Positions 58,345 to 64,000 of a stretch of 64,000 bases of DNA are shown here, one piece after another. Below the pieces are notes generated by a model. It ran no database searches and was not told the origin of the DNA. It saw only the letters and a program-made list of their open reading frames with translations. Source of the DNA: Amoebidium appalachense (taxonomy: Eukaryota > Protista > Ichthyosporea); NCBI GenBank assembly GCA_963693365.1, contig CAVNZM010000001.1:7828907-7892906 (forward strand), in the 5' to 3' direction. A program made the translations under genes and the position numbers. The number at the start of each line of letters is the position of its first letter. Position 1 is the first letter of the stretch.

Positions 58345-59568
58345 TTTGCCAATTGCTCTCGTGCTCTTTTTTGGGAAATGAGTTTCTTCGAAAAAAAAAG
58401 AATCTATAAATCGTGGGGATGAAAACAGTGCAAACGAACACAAGGGTCCACACAACTAAAGCTACAGACTATATGAAGGTTGTTGTTGTTTGTCGTTGTC
58501 TCCCCTCTTCACCATCATTTGGGTGCTACGGTAGATCCTGAGTAGATGCGAGCCCAAACAAACTAAATTGTATTTCTTCTTCAAGTTTGTGTTTCTAGCA
58601 TATAAGCAATTTGCACTACGCCCTTGTTTTTATCTCCATGTGCTTTCTGAATCCCACAACACCGGATGTTCAATAAAGTTGTTTTTGAACGCACCCGGCT
58701 GGTAGACTTGACTGAGGCGGTGGCGGGCCCACGATTGGCTTCTTAAACACCGACCGTGATCCCCCAAAACTTCAAATATTGGAAGAGGGCGTTACAATTT
58801 ACGAGTTTTCTAGGGTGTATGATTACTTGTGTCGTTATCTCCTCCGTATCCGTGAGTAGGGGTTTTTGTATTTTCTTCTCTGAGATATCTGTGATATCTC
58901 CGGCTTGCTTCTCTTTCATGAGCATATCAATAAAGTCATTATAAATTTTTTTTACAATAATACTCATATGAGCACATCAATAAAGTCATTATAAAAAATA
59001 AAAAATTCATCTCTTTTATTATTCTCCAGACTCCCGGAGTCATTGGCAATGACTTTTTGCTCAATTTACGAACCCCAGGAATAGTTATATATTAAGAATT
59101 TATACGATTTTTTTGTAATATAATGAAAGCTGCGTTAATATGTCTGTAATGTAATATTACTGGGCTTAACTTCCTCTAAGACTGTTACTAAGTCACACCG
59201 CGGCTTTATAGGCCCCACAACAAGAGTTTAGGAAAACCGCACCAGAGCGCACCTACGGCAACATCTAACCAATAGGAAACGTTTGTAGGATTACTTATTG
59301 ACGATTGGCGTTTGCCACCATTTGAAAGAGCGATGTAAAATGACGTGCTGACACTGCTGAGCAAGCATGGTGCCTTTTTGTGCGGTGCCGCTCTGTTAAA
59401 AAGATGTTATATATTGTTTGGAATAACGCTTGTTGAAGGAGAGATAATAATTTTTTGATTTAACAGCTCTCAATACATACATGTATAGATATTACGTGAA
59501 TACAAATCGGTCGGACTCAGAGATCCCCAATATTGTGATGAATCCAGATGACGTATATATATGCATGG

Positions 59569-59763
59569 GGGTTTACGCTGTTTACTCGAGGCAAAGAGAA
59601 CCAGTCTCAGGTATGGGGGGGGGGGGGTTTGCTCGGAATATCCCCTCAGCGGTATATCATGATCACGTACATAGATGTCGGGTGGTGACTATATATCAGG
59701 GTTTACTTTCTCTACGAGACACCATAAAGACTATAAGGAGAAATCAATTAGTTGGGGTTCCCC

Positions 59764-59809
<46 letters not shown>

Positions 59810-59841
59810 AGGGGCTCTCCTCGGGACACTCGGTATCAGCT

Positions 59842-59897
<56 letters not shown>

Positions 59898-61536
59898 TGT
59901 GTGTGTGCGCGTGCGCTATAATTTTGTAGTGATGTGTTTCTCAAGCCAATCAATACATCTAATAAACAGGTCGTAGTTACGCGTGTTTAGTATAAAATCA
60001 AGGATGTTGTAATTTACAGGTAGGCTATCTTTCTGGGTGTCTGTTGTGAATGTGACGTGTGTGTGTTGCGGTATTATGTGGTCTATCAAACTACATTTGG
60101 CGATACATGACCGGTTAAACTGGTGTGTGTGTGTGTTGTTTGGGCATGCAAATGATGCCACCTTATACTTATTAGATCTCCACTGTATAGCACGTGTACA
60201 GTAAAAGCGTGGTAATTGATCAATAATACCATCAGCTAGAGAAAGACCAGTTCTACAGGAAGGTAATATGTATTTAGGTGTTATACACTTGCGAGTGCCA
60301 TATTTGGCAATATGGTTGAGGCGGTCAGTATATATAAAACGAGACATAAGGCTTAGTTTTTCAAGGTGTATGCTTTCATCGGGTCTAGTGTCGTGTGGTA
60401 TCTTTTTCCATTTGTTATATTGCGTGATTATCTTGTGATTGTGTACATGTTTAATAAGTAAGTGGCAGTCCAAAGTCACACACACACTATTGCGGGGTTT
60501 ATTTGTATTTGTGCCCAGGGGAGAAGGGGAGAGAGAGGGGAGGAAAGAGGGGAGAGGTGAGGAGGGGACAGGTCGGATAGAGAAGAGAGGGTGGGAGGGC
60601 AAATACTTCTTTAAGCGGCTTATGTGCTTATTGAATTTCAGCGCGAGATAGGATACTCTAGCAGCTATTGGGACCAGACCATATATCGAGAGCGTTACAG
60701 GCCCAGGTTTACAACAGTTGTTAGATAGAAAGGAGGCAACTTCTGCTTCAAGGAAATTTGCCAAGGGTTTAAGCGCTCTAGTTCTCTCTTTCTTGATCCA
60801 AGCGGCGAGAAGGGGTAAACCATATTCACATGCCGGGAAGACAAAAGTGCGAATAAATGTAAGTCTAATAGAAGGATGGAGGGGTGTGTCTTTAAAAATA
60901 TTAGCCGAGAAGAAAGCTAACCGCTTACGAGCCAACTCTACCCTCTTTTCGACCATATGGGGAAACATAACACCAACAGAATCAACCGGAACACCAAGAT
61001 ATTTGTATTCTGGAACTATAGGTACAGGTTTAGATGATAATGTAAATGTGTGTAAATTGTTAGCTATATCAGGTACAAGAACACCACATTTGTCTATGTT
61101 AAGGATCATAAGGTTTGCCTTGCACCACTCTGACACTACATCGAACAATCTTTGCAGGCGTCTAGGGGTACGGGCAAGGAGGGACAGATCATCAGCATAG
61201 AGAAGTGCAGGCGGAAAGTTATTAATAGGGTCATCGTTTTCGGCGTAAATCTTGACAGCCAAATCATCTATAAATAGGTTAAACAAAAAGGGGCTAAGCA
61301 ATGAACCCTGCAAGAGACCTCTAGTACGAGCAAAACCATATGAAAGATGCCCATTAACCACAGCTCTACCATAGGTTTGAGACAAGAGTGCTTCTAACAG
61401 AACACCAATGCAGTGTGGTACACCCCGTGCAGCAAGCTTTTCCCATAGGAGACCAGGGGAGACAGAATCGTAAGCAGTTTTCCAATCAATAAAGCCAACA
61501 TATTGTGCACCAACTTGCATATGTGCACCAACTTGC
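59569..61536 (-). mobile_element. 5'-truncated non-LTR retrotransposon (LINE): RT ORF, (CA)n 3' UTR, internal poly(A), 196-nt terminal module; 10-bp TSD
   Basis: The TSD ATATGCATGG at 59559-59568 and 61537-61546 brackets the RT ORF, the T-run at 59765-59805 and the module at 59569-59764. Confidence 0.9.
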
Positions 61537-61544
61537 ATATGCAT
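59916..61544 (-). CDS. Non-LTR reverse transcriptase, N-terminally truncated, with a C-terminal Cys/His-containing region
   Basis: Motifs FIDWKTAYDSV, GLLQGSLLSPFLFNLFIDDL, LLYADD, LNIDKCGV and YKYLGV lie in an uninterrupted 542-codon frame. The first residues come from the 5' junction duplication and TSD, so they are not a true start. Confidence 0.85.
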   Translation of the reverse strand: MHMQVGAHMQVGAQYVGFIDWKTAYDSVSPGLLWEKLAARGVPHCIGVLLEALLSQTYGRAVVNGHLSYGFARTRGLLQGSLLSPFLFNLFIDDLAVKIYAENDDPINNFPPALLYADDLSLLARTPRRLQRLFDVVSEWCKANLMILNIDKCGVLVPDIANNLHTFTLSSKPVPIVPEYKYLGVPVDSVGVMFPHMVEKRVELARKRLAFFSANIFKDTPLHPSIRLTFIRTFVFPACEYGLPLLAAWIKKERTRALKPLANFLEAEVASFLSNNCCKPGPVTLSIYGLVPIAARVSYLALKFNKHISRLKKYLPSHPLFSIRPVPSSPLPSFLPSLSPSPLGTNTNKPRNSVCVTLDCHLLIKHVHNHKIITQYNKWKKIPHDTRPDESIHLEKLSLMSRFIYTDRLNHIAKYGTRKCITPKYILPSCRTGLSLADGIIDQLPRFYCTRAIQWRSNKYKVASFACPNNTHTHQFNRSCIAKCSLIDHIIPQHTHVTFTTDTQKDSLPVNYNILDFILNTRNYDLFIRCIDWLEKHITTKL

Positions 61545-61751
61545 GGTGTGCTGACAAGATCACACCTCCACACACACATATATATCCCTTCACATGTATA
61601 CAATGCAGAAACATACAATATATTAAATCGGAAAGAATATATATAAATTATTAAATGAACAATGGCTGAGTCTTGAAAGTATAGGTGTCCTTTGATAGTC
61701 ACACCCCCAGTCAAACTCAACGCAGCCTGCTCTTTTACAGGGTTTTGAAAT

Positions 61752-62158
61752 CAGGGGGGGGATTACGAAAAAAAAATCGTCGTAAATACGATTAACGAAA
61801 GACCCCGATACGAATAAGGTTAGGGTTCCGTCGTAACAGCTTTCGTATCAGATGTATAGCATTATAAACGCTTTAAGGCCCCCTAATATCTAACTGTACC
61901 TAATTTTTTCAGTATTTCTGTTCAAGAACATATCTACAGCGCTTCTCATGAGCAATATCGAGCCCCGACAAGTGTCCAGGGCTTGTAATTGTGCGATACT
62001 TAATTTGTAAAAACGCGTATTTTGAGTTTTGTGACTGGAGGGGCGTTTTTAGCTGGGCTTGCATATCCCCAAGAACCCCCAGGTTACGATTAAGAAACTG
62101 TCCGTTACGATTGGCCAAAGGACAATACGGTTAAGCTGGCCAACCCAGCCCAACCCTG
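61752..62158. mobile_element. Non-autonomous hAT-like DNA transposon (407 bp)
   Basis: Termini are CAGGGGGGGG and CCCAACCCTG. A perfect 8-bp TSD, TTTGAAAT, lies at 61744-61751 and 62159-62166. TTACGA/TCGTAA-like motifs repeat near both ends. Confidence 0.75.
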
Positions 62159-62668
62159 TTTGAAATAATTTTTTTAACCAATCATATCTACGAATAAGTT
62201 TGAATAGATTTCGTAATCGCACGTGGCCAGAAAACATATGGGCACACAGGCCGCATTGCCTGCTGCTGCTGGTGGGCGCAAGCGCCTTGTCTACATGTAT
62301 ACTTAGTTAGTACTTTAGTAACAATACGTATTATGCAGCAAATATAAAGATTTCTAAGTGAATATGTACCTGGATTCCCTCAGACATAATGTCCATGCAC
62401 CGCGTTGCAATACCGCATATGTACACCGAATCAGCAGTTCTCGAGCCGCGGCCCACCGGCAACTTTGTGTTCAGAGGGCCGTGCTTGCAAGGCCCGCACT
62501 GTCTGACTGGCACGCGGCGGCGCCGGTGGGGCAGATGCACCGTGCACACACACGCGATCTCGGTCTGAACACACAGACTCTCGCCCCCAATTGCACGAGC
62601 TACTTGCACGTGCACACCGTAAGGTGCGCACCGTCTTGAATACTGCACACACACAAACTGGCACACAA

Positions 62669-62764
<96 letters not shown>

Positions 62765-63044
62765 GCACGCACACACACACACCGGACTTAACCACTCTCT
62801 TATTTGATTCTCTGCCTTTTGCTTCTTGCTTCGTTGCCTCGTTTCTTCTTAACATCTTTGTTCTAAACCTTCCCCCCCCCCCCCCCCCCCCCCCCCCACC
62901 TCCACCCCTCCCCATCATTCCTTGCTTCTTGCTTAGTAGTTCATCGGCTTCCTCCTTCTAACTCCTCCCCCCCTCTCCTCCCCCCCCCCAATCCCCTGCT
63001 TGCGTCACCTATAACTTCTCTCTCCGCATGTTTGCCTTCTGTGC

Positions 63045-63380
63045 CTTGTATCTGTCGTGTCTGTATCTTGTGTCTGACGTGTATTAGCCTAGTGTCTGTG
63101 ATTGTATCTTGTGTCTGTCTGTATCTTGTGTCTGTATGTATCTTGTGTCTGTCTGCATCTTGTCTTGTGTCTGCCTGTATCTTGTGTCTGAATCTTGTGT
63201 CTGTTGCTTGTATCTGTTTCTTGTGTCTGTATCTTGTATCTGTATATGTTACCCGTCGTGTCTGTATCTTGCACCTATTTTTTGTCGGTAACTTCCGCCT
63301 ATACCTTTTGTCTTTGCCTATGTCTTAATTCTGTGTCTGTCGTGTCTGTACTGTATCTCTGTCGTGTCTATATTTTGTGT
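63045..63380. repeat. Degenerate minisatellite built on (tgtatcttgtgtc)
   Basis: Many imperfect gtctgtatcttgt units. Confidence 0.7.
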
Positions 63381-63636
63381 CGCTTTCGTTGGTGTGTTAC
63401 TCACCTCTGTAACATACGCCTGTATGATTTGTGTTTAGCTCCTGTATAAATGTCGGTAGCTCTGTGCCCTTCTGCCCGCATCCATCACCTAACGCAAACG
63501 TCTTCTGTCTTGTTCGATCATGGCGCTGTGCCAGCACATTGTTTGCTGTGTGCTGCCCCCCCCACCAACACTTATTCATCTCCGCTAAATGCTTCTTTGC
63601 TTCCGAACGTCCCCCCCCCCCCCCCCCCCCCCACTT

Positions 63637-63740
<104 letters not shown>

Positions 63741-64000
63741 CCCCCCCCCCCTCTCCCCCCCCCCCCCCCCCCCCCTCTCCCCTCCATCGAGGACCAAACA
63801 CTGTTTTCTTCTTCTTTGCTTCTTTGCTTCTGCCTGAACTCCCCAACTCATGCTTCCCTTTCCCCTTGTTGCATCTGTTCACCCTTTACTTGATCCCTGC
63901 CCTCCCCCCCCACCCCCTCCCCCTCTCCCCCCGCCCTGAGTTCTTATAAGGTATGTGCTCTCAACCCTCCCCCCACCGCCACCCCCTGGTGCTGCTCCAC

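Noticed and set aside
58743-58996. 74-aa minus-strand ORF and 28-bp direct repeat upstream of the FkbM gene
   Set aside because: The ORF is short and AT-rich with no motif or splice support. It is probably intergenic or decayed repeat sequence.
59569-59805. Independent poly(T)-tailed SINE inserted in the LINE tail
   Set aside because: It has no TSD of its own. The single 10-bp TSD encloses both module and RT ORF, and the old copy at 35288 preserves the same junction.

Overview
This is eukaryotic genomic DNA with GT-AG introns packed with poly-C and (CA)n/(CT)n tracts. The gene content suggests a unicellular opisthokont/holozoan, which is my inference. Most ORFs in the supplied track are microsatellite artefacts, so I rebuilt the real genes by hand from splice sites and reading-frame phase. 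From left to right the window holds: (1) the 3' part of a coatomer delta-subunit gene; (2) a 10-exon, 905-aa secreted ExeM/NucH-type (bacterial-style) nuclease fused to a Pro/Thr linker, TSP1, EGF-like and Cys-rich WCxxNC modules; (3) a tandem array of five intronless secreted Thr-rich TxT-repeat genes plus a sixth remnant, all with a fixed-geometry TATA/CCAAT promoter; (4) a 9-exon uncharacterised gene; (5) a 4-exon type-II-membrane FkbM methyltransferase. Mobile elements include a recent mini-LTR element (TRIM) whose interior is a degenerate antisense tRNA-iMet, and three copies of a LINE whose true 3' end is a ~195-nt module lying after the poly(A) tract; two of these copies have 10-bp TSDs ending in CATAT. 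There is also a GIY-YIG remnant, a TA-flanked MITE and a non-autonomous hAT-like element.
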